Of a stretch of 64,000 nt of DNA, positions 37,934 to 50,096 are shown piece by piece (the stretch's first letter is position 1; each line of letters opens with the position of its first letter). Source of the stretch: Fistulifera solaris (Eukaryota); assembly GCA_030295235.1 (NCBI GenBank), contig AP026125.1:2046001-2110000 (forward strand), written 5' to 3'. Below the pieces are notes generated by a model, which had not been told where the DNA came from, ran no database searches, and was given only the letters and a program-made list of their open reading frames with translations. Both the position numbers and the translations under genes were made by a program.

Positions 37934-38527
37934 ATGAAGACCGCTGTGATTGCCTCCCTTGTCGCCTCGGCTGCTGCCTTTGCCCCTGCCCAGCAAAGCG
38001 CCCGCAGTACATCGCTCAGTGCTGCGTTCGAGAACGAGCTCGGTGCCCAAGCCCCTCTTGGCTTCTTCGATCCCCTTGGCCTTGTTGCCGATGGTGATCA
38101 AGACAAATTCGACCGTCTTCGATACGTCGAATTGAAGCACGGCCGTATCTGCATGTTGGGTGTTGCCGGATACCTCGCCACGGAAGCCGGATGGCGTCTA
38201 CCGGGTGCCATCTCCCTCGATGGCAAGCAGTTCTCCGACATTCCTTCCGGATGGGCGGGAACCTTCGAGGTCCCTGTTGCCGGTGCCCTCCAGATCCTTG
38301 CCTTTGTTGGTTTCTTGGAAGTTGCCGTCATGAAGGATATCACTGGCGGAGAATTCGTGGGTGATTTCCGAAACAACTTTATCGATTTCGGCTGGGATAC
38401 TTTCTCCCCCGAGACCAAGATGGAGAAGCGTGCTATTGAATTGAACAACGGACGTGCTGCCATGATGGGATTGTTGGCTCTTTGGGTGCACGAGGAGCTC
38501 GGTGTCTCGCTCATCCCCAGTGTCTAA
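37934..38527 (+). CDS. Lhcf: Fucoxanthin-chlorophyll a/c binding protein (Lhcf family)
   Basis: SAAA-FAP presequence, FENELGAQAPLGFFDPLG, RLRYVELKHGRICML, ELNNGRAAMMG. Confidence 0.97.
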   Translation: MKTAVIASLVASAAAFAPAQQSARSTSLSAAFENELGAQAPLGFFDPLGLVADGDQDKFDRLRYVELKHGRICMLGVAGYLATEAGWRLPGAISLDGKQFSDIPSGWAGTFEVPVAGALQILAFVGFLEVAVMKDITGGEFVGDFRNNFIDFGWDTFSPETKMEKRAIELNNGRAAMMGLLALWVHEELGVSLIPSV

Positions 38528-38796
38528 GTGCACATTTACGGAAAGGTATCGAGCGCAGCCATTTGTAATTATTAATTTTTAATAGAACGCTAGTTGTGCT
38601 CCCTAAGTTTTCCTTGATTGAATAGACTGTTCTCAGCCACATCGCAAAAGGTGCAAGGGTGCATAACTTGCGGCGTCGTATCGAAAGACCTATGCTTTCT
38701 CCACTTTTTTCGACTGCTCTTTAGGCTGTTGGATGGAAAGCTGGACGACGGACGGCGCCAAGTTTTGAGCCAAAAGATAAAGGATAAAGGACGAGA

Positions 38797-39832
38797 CCTA
38801 GTTCCCGAATATCAAGAGCGTCCAAAGCATTTTACAACATGATCCAGTACACCAATTCCAGAATATCTGGAATGTGCACGAATAGGTCAAATTCTGGACC
38901 AGTCACACAGAATTTCTGGCTGACACAAATCCACGGATTCCAGATTTTCTGGAATTTGCAGAAACTTGTAGTAATTCTCAAAGCACCAGTTTCCGAATAT
39001 CAGGAATGTCCACAGAATATTTACATGATCCAAAACACCGATTAAAGAATATCTGGAATGTGCACGAAATGTCTGTTTTTTTTGACTCGAAACAATTGGT
39101 CCAGATTTTCTGGACCAGTCACACAGAATTTCTGGCTGACACAAAAGCACGGATTCCAGATTTTCTGGAATTTGCCGAAACTGGCTGTAATTCTCAAAGG
39201 ACTAGTTTCCGAATATCAGGAACGTCCAACGCAATTTCACATGATCCGAAACACCGATTAAAGAATATCTGGAATGGGCACGAAATGTCTGTTTTTTTGA
39301 CTCGAAACAATTGGTCCAGATTTTCTGGACCAGTCACACAGAATTTCTGGCTGACACAAAAGCACGAATTCCAGATTTTCTGGAATCAGCAGAAACTGGC
39401 TGTAATTCTCAAAGCACTAGTTTCCGAATATCAGGAATGTCCACAGAATATTTACATGATCCAAAACACCGATTCCAGAATATCTGGAATGTGCACGAAA
39501 TGTCTGTTTTTTAAAAACTCGAAACAATTGGTCCAGATTTTCTGGACCAGTCACACAGAATTTCTGGCTGACACATATTCACGGATTCCAGATTTTCTGG
39601 AATTTGGAGAAACTGGCTGTAATTCTCAAAAACCTAGTTTCCGAATATCAGGAATGTCCTCAGAATATTTACATGATCCAAAACACCGATTCCAGAATAT
39701 CTGAAATGTGCACGAAATGTCTGTTTTTTAAAAACTCGAAACAATTGGTCCAGATTTTCTGGACCAGTCACACAGAATTTCTGGCTGACACAAAAGCACG
39801 AATTCCAGATTTTCTGGAATTTGCACAAACTG
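38797..39832. repeat. Tandem array A, ~216-bp unit, ~4.7 copies, rich in TCCAGA-n3-TCTGGA palindromes
   Basis: GTTTCCGAATATCAGGAA recurs at 38989, 39205, 39420 and 39637, with a variant at 38801. Confidence 0.95.
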
Positions 39833-39977
39833 GATGTTGCTTCGCTGTCGACGAGATCGCATCCACCATGATGCGATTATATTTCCGTTACAAGTATACC
39901 GTCCTTTGCCATCTTTATTGCCGTGTCATAAACTAGCAGCTATCTCTCTCTTTCCGCTTCTTTGAGTTTCCTGACAT

Positions 39978-41427
39978 ATGACACAGAATAGCGACTTTGA
40001 TTCCTTATTCGAAGAGGTGTCATTGTCCCGCTTCAATCTCGGACAAGTTGCCCCTGATGGTGCGTCGTCACCGACCTACAAATTATTGCGTGAACCCAAC
40101 AGTCTAGACGAAATTTTGAAGTATGAGCGCCGAATGATTATATGGAGGGATAACGGTACGCGTACGTATGTATCAACGCGAGACCTCAATAATTTTCCGC
40201 AAGGGCTCAATTATTTTCCTCCAACTTGATGACGAAGGCTGCGAATTGACCATTGTCGGTAGCACGGAAGATACCATTTCACAAACGGCTGCATTCTTCA
40301 TCAGCTTGATGCGACCACCGACAAGCATTTCCCGACTTTCAATCAGCAATGAGTTCTATGACCACCACCCTTTCAATTTTAGTGCTGCTGATTCTCGTTG
40401 CTTTGTGGACTTGTTTGAGGCGCTCCCATCTCTTCAACTGGCGCTTAAAAATCTTACATTGAGCGCAGCGCAATCAAATGTTTTGGCAACCAGATTGCAT
40501 CCCATAGCGATGACCATCTGTGACAGCAACTTTGTAGATGGAGGGAATGCATTTGTCAGCGCGCTCCAGGGCCGCGAATCGTCATTCGGTTCGCTAACCT
40601 TTCAGTGTGACCTAAGGGAAGTCATAGACATGGATGACGACATCTTCAAGCGTTTGCTAGAAGTCGACACGATAAAGCATTTGATTCTTCCCTACCAGTA
40701 TGTCGACCCGAGAAGTCATGAACTCATCCTTGCTCCTTTTTCGACAAAGGCGGATTTTCTCAATTACCACATTTGGTCTGATACCATAACTGCAGCCAAC
40801 TTGGAATTCTGGTCATAGATCCTTCAAAACTTTGTCTGTGCATATGTTGCTTCGAAGAACAAGATTTTCTAACTGATCTTATTCGTGCGAATTGGCAACG
40901 GATCGCATCCTCGGGTCATTTTTGTGGAGCTGGAAATTGAAGTGTTGAACAAAATCGATTTACCTGGTTGTGTTGTTCCAGAAATTATCAATGCTGCAAT
41001 TACAAACAAAAACTTGAGGTTCCTTAATTTGTGGGATTCGCGCTTGAATTGGGCTCCACATTTGAGATCGCTTTTTCACGGTCTGAAAGATCACCAAGAA
41101 CTTCGCACCCTTCAAATACGCGTGGATGATGACGAAGCATTCGGTCCCCAATTTTCCTATTTGATTGATTTGCTGTCGCATCATAGAAACATCACAATGG
41201 TCAATAAACGTAAAGTTCCTTATTCAGACGGCTTACTTGTGGATAAGGTCTATTCTTTAAACCGCTTTTACACGGGTTCGGCAAGTTGCGGTGAATCCAC
41301 CAATGGAGCGTCCAATGCTAGAGTGGTAGCAGCTTTGACGGAAAGCGCATCGAACGATTTCCAGCGCTCTGCTCTCTTGCTCTCAAATCACCTCGACACC
41401 TTGAATGAACTCATTCATTTTGCTTGA
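39978..41427 (+). CDS. Hypothetical protein with a weak RNI/LRR-like pattern (frameshifted)
   Basis: Three consecutive same-strand ORFs with LxxLxL-type segments (LRFLNL, LRTLQI). Confidence 0.55.
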
Positions 41428-42309
41428 CTATATGAGTAGGATGGCAGCATTTTTCAAAGACGGATTCAATTCAGACGCTTCTCCCTGCGAAAAAGGATTG
41501 TGAATTGATCACTGTGAGAAATGTGCAGTACTCTAGGTCAAGCTGACTATTTTCCTTTTCCGATCTAAAATTTTCAGACAAAACATTTTATTCTCCTGTT
41601 TGTAATTCTGACATCGTGTTTTGCACGTTGCTTCGCTTTTGTTCCATCCGAAAATTGTTTAAGGCTTATTATACACCTTTATCAAGACAGACACGGCACA
41701 CGGCACGTTAAGTTAGACAAGTAAACGTAGCTAAGGTGCACTTAGGGCTCAGTAGCTGTTCTCGACTGAAATACAGTCGTGGCGCAATACGAACATTATT
41801 TTGGGCTACGAAAATGATTGCAAATAACTACGACATCGGAAACAGAAGATCGCACTGAAAATGATAGCAAGAAGAGTTAATTCCATTGTAATTGAGATGT
41901 ACAAGGCAAATTGAGCTAGAAATTAAACGGAGCTAGAGTGCACTATGGCTCAGGAGCTCAGGAGAATAACTACTCATGACTGAAAAGCAGTCGTGGCGAA
42001 AACGGAAAACACTTTAAGCTATAGTAAATATTGACGACTCAAAAGCTTTCAGTCACGGAAGTTACTTTTGTTTATTTCTGTTTTGTTGATGCGCGCGAAG
42101 AATCGAGAAAGGCGACAATTATATCACCGACGCTGTTGTTGTTCATAATGTTGTTCGTTTAATTATCTAAATACAGTAAACAATCAACAAACCACTAATA
42201 CCCTCGGCATAGTTACGCTTTACGCCGATCGATTTCGACGAGATCACATTTCACAGTCAGAGAAAGGACGGAAAACGCTGCATTCTTTCTGAATGCATCA
42301 TTACTCATC

Positions 42310-43524
42310 ATGTCGATGATTCGATGGCGTCTTTACTCTATTTTGACAGTATTTTTGTATTTTTCTGTTTCATATTCCAATGGATTGGTTCCGTCTTCAA
42401 AAACGATTGCAAATGTCCGCAAATCGCAGAAATCATTTTCAACATTGCATGCCCAATTCTCAGCCGACGAAGAAAAGGCACTTGAACGACGCAACGGTGT
42501 GCTAGTCCTTTTCACCGTACCCGTCGCATGGGGCTCCTTTGAGCCAGCCACACGGTTTGTGTATTCCACGGATCCAGAATTACCGAGTCTGCTCTTTTCC
42601 GTCGCGTACTATTTTGTGGCGGCCATCACATTATTGTCCTTGACACTATTGCCACAGACGTGGCATGATACAGACGACGACAAGACGACGCCATGGCCCG
42701 TGTGGGGAGGTTTGGAACTGGGATTCTATCTATTTGTTGGAAATCTATTGCAAGTACTAGGCCTTCGGACGGTGCCCTCGGATCGTGCCGCTTTCTTATT
42801 GCAATTGACGACTGTGATTGTACCTTTGCTGGAATCCTTTCGATCCAAACAAGTGTCGTCACGTACATGGTGCGCTTGTCTTATAGCGCTGTTGGGTGTG
42901 GGTGTCATGGGACTCGACAACAATGACAGCGCATCTTTGGCTTCTCCTGCTTTGCTGCTATCCAATGGAGATCTCATGATCGGAGCGGCGGCAGTGGCGT
43001 ATAGCTTCCATTGTATACGCTTGGAAAAATATGCACAAACAACTTCTGCAATTCAATTGGCGGCTAGTAAAGCCGTGACAGAAACTTTGTGTTCCTTCCT
43101 GGCGATCCTCTCAGTGTTGTGGTATGTTTCTTCGATGAGCCCAACTTCGGGAGGAAGTAATGGTGGCTTGGGGCTATTATCGTCCTTTGCTTTGGATTCA
43201 GGAAACGAAATAACAAACTACCTGTCAAGTCATCCATTAATGACAAGCCACATGGACCTTAGTGTGATTGCCGCAATCTGTTGGACAGGATGGGTGACCG
43301 TTGCGTACACCATTTATGCACAAAGCTATGGACAGAGCCGTGTACAACCCACGACAGCCAATCTCATTTATACCATTCAACCAATCTGTACAGCTTTGAT
43401 TGCTTGGTTCCTTCTAGGAGAAAGTTTGGGTCCTTTGGGTTGGTTGGGAGGTTCTTTGATTGGGTTAGCGGTCCTTCTTGTGGCGTTGCCATCCGGCGCT
43501 GCGAGTACGAATGCGGATGTGTAG
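42310..43524 (+). CDS. EamA/DMT-family transporter with a probable bipartite presequence
   Basis: About 10 TM segments, two EamA halves (GLELG..LQVLGL..AAFLLQL..VP; YAQSYGQ..ANLIYTIQP..LLGESLG). N-terminus SYSNG-LVPSS. Confidence 0.88.
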   Translation: MSMIRWRLYSILTVFLYFSVSYSNGLVPSSKTIANVRKSQKSFSTLHAQFSADEEKALERRNGVLVLFTVPVAWGSFEPATRFVYSTDPELPSLLFSVAYYFVAAITLLSLTLLPQTWHDTDDDKTTPWPVWGGLELGFYLFVGNLLQVLGLRTVPSDRAAFLLQLTTVIVPLLESFRSKQVSSRTWCACLIALLGVGVMGLDNNDSASLASPALLLSNGDLMIGAAAVAYSFHCIRLEKYAQTTSAIQLAASKAVTETLCSFLAILSVLWYVSSMSPTSGGSNGGLGLLSSFALDSGNEITNYLSSHPLMTSHMDLSVIAAICWTGWVTVAYTIYAQSYGQSRVQPTTANLIYTIQPICTALIAWFLLGESLGPLGWLGGSLIGLAVLLVALPSGAASTNADV

Positions 43525-43939
43525 TAATCATTTGAATTGTCAAGTCGACCTCCCAGCATCAAGATTCTTCCTGATGATGCGCTATCCAAATGTGATTCTT
43601 CGCGAAGGTGTATATACGGCGGAGCTCTCATGATCCTAGACCGCCTGGTTATTGGTCCCTCGCTATCCGCGCTGTACGCTGTTGTACTTCAAGGAAAAGA
43701 AAGTGCAAGTACTTTGGTGTAACAACCTTGGCGAAGGAGGTATCAATTCTTCACCGGCGGATAAACCCGGCGGGCTGTGTACCTTAAAGTCTATTTACTA
43801 TTTACTCAGTAAATCAACAATATAACTGACAAGATTTTTAGTCACGAAAGACGAGAGACGACTTTTTCTCGCATTTTTCTTCTCCATTATTTCTTTTACG
43901 TCGTTGTGTTTCGAAACAGAACAAAACTACTAAAGAATT

Positions 43940-44695
43940 TTTTCTGGAAAGTCATCACAGAATTTCTGTATGACGGCAAACACAGATGGTCCAGAATTTC
44001 TGGACCAACCACAGATTTCCTGCAAATTCATGATCGCAAACACCGATTCCAGATTTTCTGGAACGACCATAACAGAATTTCTGTACGACTGCAAACACAG
44101 ATGGTCCAGAATTTCTGGACCAGCCACAGAATAGGATCGCAAACACGGATTCCAGATTTTCTGGAAAACAAATCACAGAATTTCTGTACGACTGCAAACA
44201 CTGATGGTCCAGAACTTTTGGACTAGCCACAGAATAGGATCGCAAACACCGATTCCAGATTTTCTGGAAATTAATTCACAGAATTTCTGTACGACTGCAG
44301 ACACGGATGGTCCAGAATTTCTGGACCAGCCACAGAATAGGATCGCAAACACGGATTCCAGATTTTCTGGAAAATAAATCACAGAATTTCTGTATGACTG
44401 CAAACACAGATGGTCCAGAATTTTTGGACTAGCCACAGAATAGGATCGCAAACACCGATTCCAGATTTTCTGGAAATTAATTCACAGAATTTCTGTACGA
44501 CTGCAGACACGGATCGTCCAGAATTTCTGGACCAGCCACAGAATAGGATCGCAAACACGGATTCCAGATTTTCTGGAAAATAAATCACAGAATTTCTGTA
44601 GGACTGCAAACACAGATGGTCCAGAATTTTTGGACTAGCCACAGAATAGGATCGCAAACACCGATTCCAGATTTTCTGGAAATTAATTCACAGAA
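43940..44695. repeat. Tandem array B, 103-bp unit with a 206-bp dimer higher-order structure, related to array A
   Basis: CACAGAATTTCTGT at 44174, 44277, 44380, 44483 and 44586, with alternating variants. Confidence 0.95.
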
Positions 44696-45410
44696 CTGAA
44701 ATGCAGTCGTGGTCTCCCTAAACCAACACTTTGGGTCCATAGTAAATGTAGGCAGACAACGTTTCGCAAAGCTCTTCGACCAAAAAAATATATTGATGTA
44801 TAATGAAAGCAATGATAAAGACTGTTTCATTGCAACAATGACAAGTTAAGTTCAAGAAACGGGGCGATTGAACAACGACTTGTAGTTAACATTGTCGCTC
44901 GAAAGAATATTGATTCATGACTGAAATGCAGTCGTGGTCTCCCCTAAACCAACACTTTGGGTCCATAGTAAATGTAGGCAGACAACGTTTCGCAAAGCTC
45001 TTCGACCAAAATATATTGATGTATAATGAAAGCAATGATAAAGACTGTGTCATTGCAGCAATGACAAGTTAAGTTCAAGAAACGGGGCGATTGAACGACT
45101 TGTAGTTAACATTGTCGCTCGAAAGAATATTGATTCATGACTGAAATGCAGTCGTGGTCTCCCTAAACCAACACTTTGGGTCCATAGTAAATGTAGGCAG
45201 ACAACGCCGCAAAGCTCTTCGACCAAAAAATATATTGATGTATAATGAAAGCAATGATAAAGACTGTGTCATTGCAACAATGACAAGTTAAGTTCAAGAA
45301 ACGGGCGATTGAACAACGACTTGTAGTTAACATTGTCGCTCGAAGAATATTGATTCATGACTGAAATGCAGTCGTGGTCTCCCTAAACCAACACTTTGGG
45401 TCCATAGTAA
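44695..45410. repeat. Tandem array C, ~220-bp unit, ~3.2 copies
   Basis: ACTGAAATGCAGTCGTGGTCTCC at 44695, 44920, 45140 and 45360. Confidence 0.95.
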
Positions 45411-46003
45411 GATAAGGCAAACCTGCGTGTACCAGATTTTCTGGAAACTGTTTTCCATTGATTTTTTCGTCGTTTCAAGGGGGAAATCACTGGGGGACTC
45501 GCTTCATTCAGTCACGTGGACCGCTTATTGTCCCCGCTGCGTGCTGCTGCTGTGTGCGTCCTTGCCTGCTTATTTGACGCAAAATAAGGAATAGTATAGA
45601 AGCTTAATTCTCGGTAGCCGACCTGAGAATCTCATTCTTCATATTTTAATTAATTATCCTCAAGTGAAGGCTACCGAGGATTTAACATCCTTGACGTTCA
45701 TATTTAATGACAAACATTGTCATTGTTGTCGTGATGCGTCGCGATGAAAATTTTTGAAAATTTTACCAAAGCTCGAAGCAGCGAGCGGGGTTCACAAACA
45801 AGTTACAGTCTTATTTTGGCGGCACTCATCGGTTTGGGGATAATAAGAGGTCATTTTTCCTAAAGCCTGGAGTATGGCGTACAATGTACGATCCTCGCGT
45901 GACTGCAGAAGCGAGCCCCCCAGTGATTTCCCCTTGGTCGTTCCCTCAACAACAATCCATTCCACCTTTACAAAATCAATAAACACAACTTAGACTTCCA
46001 AAC

Positions 46004-47221
46004 ATGGCGGAGGAGAAGACGAATAGCACGATTAACTTTCGGATGTTTTCCGCAGCGGCCAAGGATGACGCAGCAGACGAGCCAAGGTGTATTGTCGTTC
46101 CGCCTTCGTACGGAAGTCAAGAGTACTGGGAAGAGCGTTATTCTCGGGATAAAGTTGATTCCGAAGACGACCCTGCGCCGTTTCATTCATGGTATTTTAG
46201 CTACGAAGAGATGCGTCCTCTGTTACTACCGTTGATTCTGGGGACGGAAGAAGCCGATGCGTTGTTGGAAGAATCGTCTGATTCTGACAAATTGGGCAAT
46301 ACATCAACCACAGAAAAACAACAAGGAGAGGCAAAGCGCTCGACCTCATCAAGTGAGCAAAGAGAACCTAATGCAGAAACGAAAGTTGACGAGAATTCGA
46401 AATCTAGCTTTAATAAAGTTGGTGAAGAGGAAGACGTCGAGGATGAGGAAGAACAGTCGGGTGACGAGGGAGGACAACAAGATAATGACGAAGAATCAGA
46501 AACATATTCTGAAGAAGAGGAAGAATTCGAAGAAGCGTCCAGTGAGGAGGAAGATGACACAGACGATGAATTCGAAGTGACGCGTGCTCCGTTGTCGAGT
46601 GACCCAATATCAATTTTGGAGGTTGGTTGCGGGGATGTTCCAATGGGCACGGGCTTGGTGACGGATCTGCCGTCCGAACGCTTGGCTCGTGTGGTTTGCA
46701 TCGACTACAGTGCCAGTGTCATTCAGAAAATGGAAAAGAAATATACGAAAGATCCAGAACCCGAAACGAAGAAAATGAAGACCATAGACAACGAGCAAGA
46801 GCCGTCAAAGAAAGAAGCTTTACCTTTAGAGTTCCAGAAAGTAGATGCTCGAGACATGCCATATTCCGATGAATCTTTTCATTTGGTTTTAGAAAAGGGG
46901 ACTTTGGATGCCATGTTATCGGATCGTGAAGCGGGGTCTGCCAACTGCCAAAAGATCATACGAGAGAGCGCCCGAGTACTCAAGACGGGTGGTATTATTG
47001 TCTTGGTATCCCATTTAAATGCTTTTGATACATCGGGTATTGATTGGATGGAGGATGTGGTATTTGGAGGCCTGCGATCCTTGGAGACCAGTAGTTGGGC
47101 CATTGAAGTGCACGGCAATGACGGTGGTGATGCACAACCCGGTCCAGCCGTTTATGTCATCCACAAGAAGCCAAAGGATGCCAAGTCATCTAAAATACCA
47201 GTTCAATTCTTCTCCTATTGA
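46004..47221 (+). CDS. Class I SAM-dependent methyltransferase, EEF1AKMT4/METTL13-like, with an acidic insertion
   Basis: YGSQEYWEERY..SWY, ILEVGCGD, CIDYS, DARDM..FHLVLEKGTLDAM, RVLKTGG. Confidence 0.85.
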   Translation: MAEEKTNSTINFRMFSAAAKDDAADEPRCIVVPPSYGSQEYWEERYSRDKVDSEDDPAPFHSWYFSYEEMRPLLLPLILGTEEADALLEESSDSDKLGNTSTTEKQQGEAKRSTSSSEQREPNAETKVDENSKSSFNKVGEEEDVEDEEEQSGDEGGQQDNDEESETYSEEEEEFEEASSEEEDDTDDEFEVTRAPLSSDPISILEVGCGDVPMGTGLVTDLPSERLARVVCIDYSASVIQKMEKKYTKDPEPETKKMKTIDNEQEPSKKEALPLEFQKVDARDMPYSDESFHLVLEKGTLDAMLSDREAGSANCQKIIRESARVLKTGGIIVLVSHLNAFDTSGIDWMEDVVFGGLRSLETSSWAIEVHGNDGGDAQPGPAVYVIHKKPKDAKSSKIPVQFFSY

Positions 47222-47899
47222 GTGCTGTTTATACGATGTTCAGGCTATGTTATTTGCTTGAAGGGACGGCAGTGGATTATTAGACACAATGTTTTTGGTG
47301 ACGCTGAAGCCTAAATGATACAGCGAGGATGTGCGATTTGTCATTAAAGCTTGACTCGATATAAAGGCTTTGACAATGAAAAGCAGAACGTATTTGTAAC
47401 GGTTCAACTAGCTTTTACTTAACTATTTATAAATCCAAGTGACCAACAGATGTCAAGTAGATTTGCATCTTTTCAGGTCTATGTTGATACTATCATCAGA
47501 ATCCAGGTGGATTTGCCCAGTGAACAATCGACAATCTTTAGAGAGTCCATCTTGGCGACTTGCTATTTATCCCCGAATCGTCGCACGCACAATACGTTCG
47601 CATGAATCAAAAACGTATCGTAAATACGATCGAAGTAGATTGCAACGAAATGCGCTCGCTCACTTGCTCGTAGTCGTTTGCCAGACACTCAATTTGTTAA
47701 CGCTATACTGCCCTAGCTAGTACGAGGCACCGCATCGAAAGCGGGCCGGGAGCAATGTCATGTGTCAACACATTTGATCCTGTTAAGCGCTTTGCTCAAG
47801 AAATCCTCATTTTGCGGCTATTGCATGTTCTACAACTGGCGCCACGACAAAACACTGCTTTCAAAAATGTGCAATGAGTTTTCTTCGTCATCGTCATGG

Positions 47900-49072
47900 T
47901 CAGTCATCAATGGCCAACAATCGCCGTTGTAATTCCGTTAACTTATCTTCCGATAGTATGGACGAGTTCGACTGCTTGACATCGCTTTCAGTTGTCTCTG
48001 ATGGATTCATCCAGAGTCCACCGGAAGACGGTGGATTTCGACCTCGTCGTATGTGTTCCAACTGCTGTCGCGCATATTGTCGATTGATCGCAACGTCGGG
48101 CAAAAAGAGGTATACACAACCACGCGCGGTTCTGTTCCGTCGTGACGATACGCATTCGCGTGTGGGATGCGATTGTCCCATAAGACGGCGCTTCCCGCCG
48201 TCACGGGGATATGCTGGACGCGTTGTAGAACGGCGGCATCTTCTCGGGGTCGTATGTGCGTGTATTCTCCGACACAGGGTGCTGGGAGTGCTAGCGTCTC
48301 ACCTCCTTTTCTGGTCACGAGCGTTGGTGGTCGATGGGCAGCCCAAGTCGCGAATTCGCGATGAAAACCGGGGGCTGCTTCAAATCCACCTGTATTCGGT
48401 TCCGTATTGTCAGTCAATGAAACAAAACACTGGATCGGTCTCCATTTGGAGTTCATTGGGAACGGGTTTTCGGGGCAACAATCCAAGTGGGGCGTGAGAC
48501 TTCGTTGAATAGGAATATGTTTGTTCTTTTTTGAGATGGTTCCAAGTCGCTCAGCCAATCGTGTTGGTATCCGATAGCCCACGCGGTCTATGTAGGCATA
48601 TCCTTGCGTCGGATTGAAAGCACCATAGGGATGCCATTTAAATTGTTCTGTATGAAGTTGTTCCTTCGTCTCTCCTTGATAACAATAAGCTGCTTTCCAA
48701 AGCTGTGATGTCAAATGAAAGAGTTTCGAGTTTGTGCTTATTTTGAATTTCCATTCGGCGTAGAAAAGGTCGAGTACACCGCCACTTCCGCCGGTCGAAC
48801 TGAGTTGTTGCAAATGCTTCCCTGTCTCTTCCAAATTGTGTGCCTCCACTCCATGAGACGCCAGTGTCTCGTAAAGACCGCTCAGTGCCTCAGTAACTTC
48901 CTCTTGTGACAATACGTTAGGGACGACCAGGATTCCTGAGAAACAAATAGAATGAGAATGTATTATTAACGCAGCACATGCTCTCTTGAGCACTCGTTAG
49001 ACGCGTACCTTGATTCAAAAAGGTTGCAATCTGTTCTTCCGAAAGCACTTCGAACAATTTATCTACGATCAT
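47900..49072 (-). CDS. Fe(II)/2OG dioxygenase-like protein (PhyH/Gig2-like)
   Basis: Exon 1 MIVDKLFEVLSEEQIATFLNQG, intron, then ILVVPNVLS. Motifs PHLD, IQCFVSLTD..GGFEAAPGFH, AGSAVLWDNRIPHAN. Frameshift near 48105. Confidence 0.8.
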
Positions 49073-49215
49073 GTCTCATATCGATCGCACTTTTTATTGT
49101 TTACTTCATTTCAAGGAAGAAAGTTATCTGCAACAAAAATTATTTGCATTGAAAAAGATAGCAATTGTTGTTGCTCGTCTCTATTTGCTCTCTTGCTTCG
49201 CAATTGTTTTCGCGT

Positions 49216-49415
49216 GTTTTCACGTCTCCAGAAAATGTGGGAGTGTGGATTTTCAGGTGTCCAGAAAATATGGGAGAATGGATTTTCACGTGTCCAGAAA
49301 ATGTGGATGAGTGGTTTTTCACGTGTCCAGAAAATGTGGGCGAATGGTTTTTCACGTCTCCAGAAAATGTGGGCGAGTAGGTCTAGAGTTTTTTCACGTC
49401 TCCAGAAAATGTGAG
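49216..49415. repeat. Minisatellite D, 33-bp unit, 6 copies (TTTTCACGTSTCCAGAAAATGTGG...) between divergent genes
   Basis: TCCAGAAAAT at 49227, 49260, 49293, 49326, 49359 and 49401. Confidence 0.95.
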
Positions 49416-49529
49416 AATGTACAGTGAAAGATTTTTCGATCCGCTCGTCTCGATCGTCACCGGAGAAATTCGACAATGCGATGAAAAAAGATTGAGGGGA
49501 TTTCACCTCGCATCTGACTCAAATCAATA

Positions 49530-50096
49530 ATGAAGACTTCTTTTCATTTACTGCTCTGCGTGAGCACTATCCTTTCGGCGCACTCTTTCCTGACGCCAGT
49601 TCCAGTAAATGTCCCGACATCGTCATTTTCTCTCGACCACCGCCTTAACACCGCGAAAATGCCATCGTGTATCGCACCCAAGCAAAAATCATCTACCTCG
49701 ACGAGTCTCTTCAATGCGCGCTACGACGGAACAGCCGGACGAGGCCTCGTCTTGTTCGGCTTCGTCCTGTTTCTCTGTGTATGGCTGTTTAGTATTCCTC
49801 CCGAGTTTCGTCGTGCCTATTTTTGTTCACCGGCATGTGAAGAGAATCCCATCTACTGCAATGATTGTGTAACTCCTAAAGAGTGGGTATCGGGTATTGT
49901 GGAGTATTACCAAAACGGAGGTACGCGATTGACGGAATCGGTGACAATGTGCCGTACTATTGTCGTCGGAATCAGTTACCTCATTTCTCATTCTTTTCGC
50001 TTTCACGAATCTTTTTATGATCGACTACTAGGCGGTGTTCAATTTGATTTTTCGATTGACCCGAAAACGAAACGATTTTGGGAAAATACGCTCTAG
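49530..50096 (+). CDS. Small, probably plastid-targeted single-TM protein with a Cys cluster
   Basis: Signal ..ILSAHS-FLTP, S/T-rich transit region, TM segment, FSIPPEFRRAYFC..C..C..C. Probable intron 49921-~50031. Confidence 0.7.
   Translation: MKTSFHLLLCVSTILSAHSFLTPVPVNVPTSSFSLDHRLNTAKMPSCIAPKQKSSTSTSLFNARYDGTAGRGLVLFGFVLFLCVWLFSIPPEFRRAYFCSPACEENPIYCNDCVTPKEWVSGIVEYYQNGGTRLTESVTMCRTIVVGISYLISHSFRFHESFYDRLLGGVQFDFSIDPKTKRFWENTL

Noticed and set aside
39006..44830. ORFs inside arrays A and B
   Set aside because: They are by-products of stop-poor tandem repeats, occur in several frames and on both strands, and contain no domains.
38797..49415. Arrays A-D as CRISPR arrays
   Set aside because: The inter-repeat sequences are homologous rather than unique spacers, there are no cas genes, and the context is eukaryotic.
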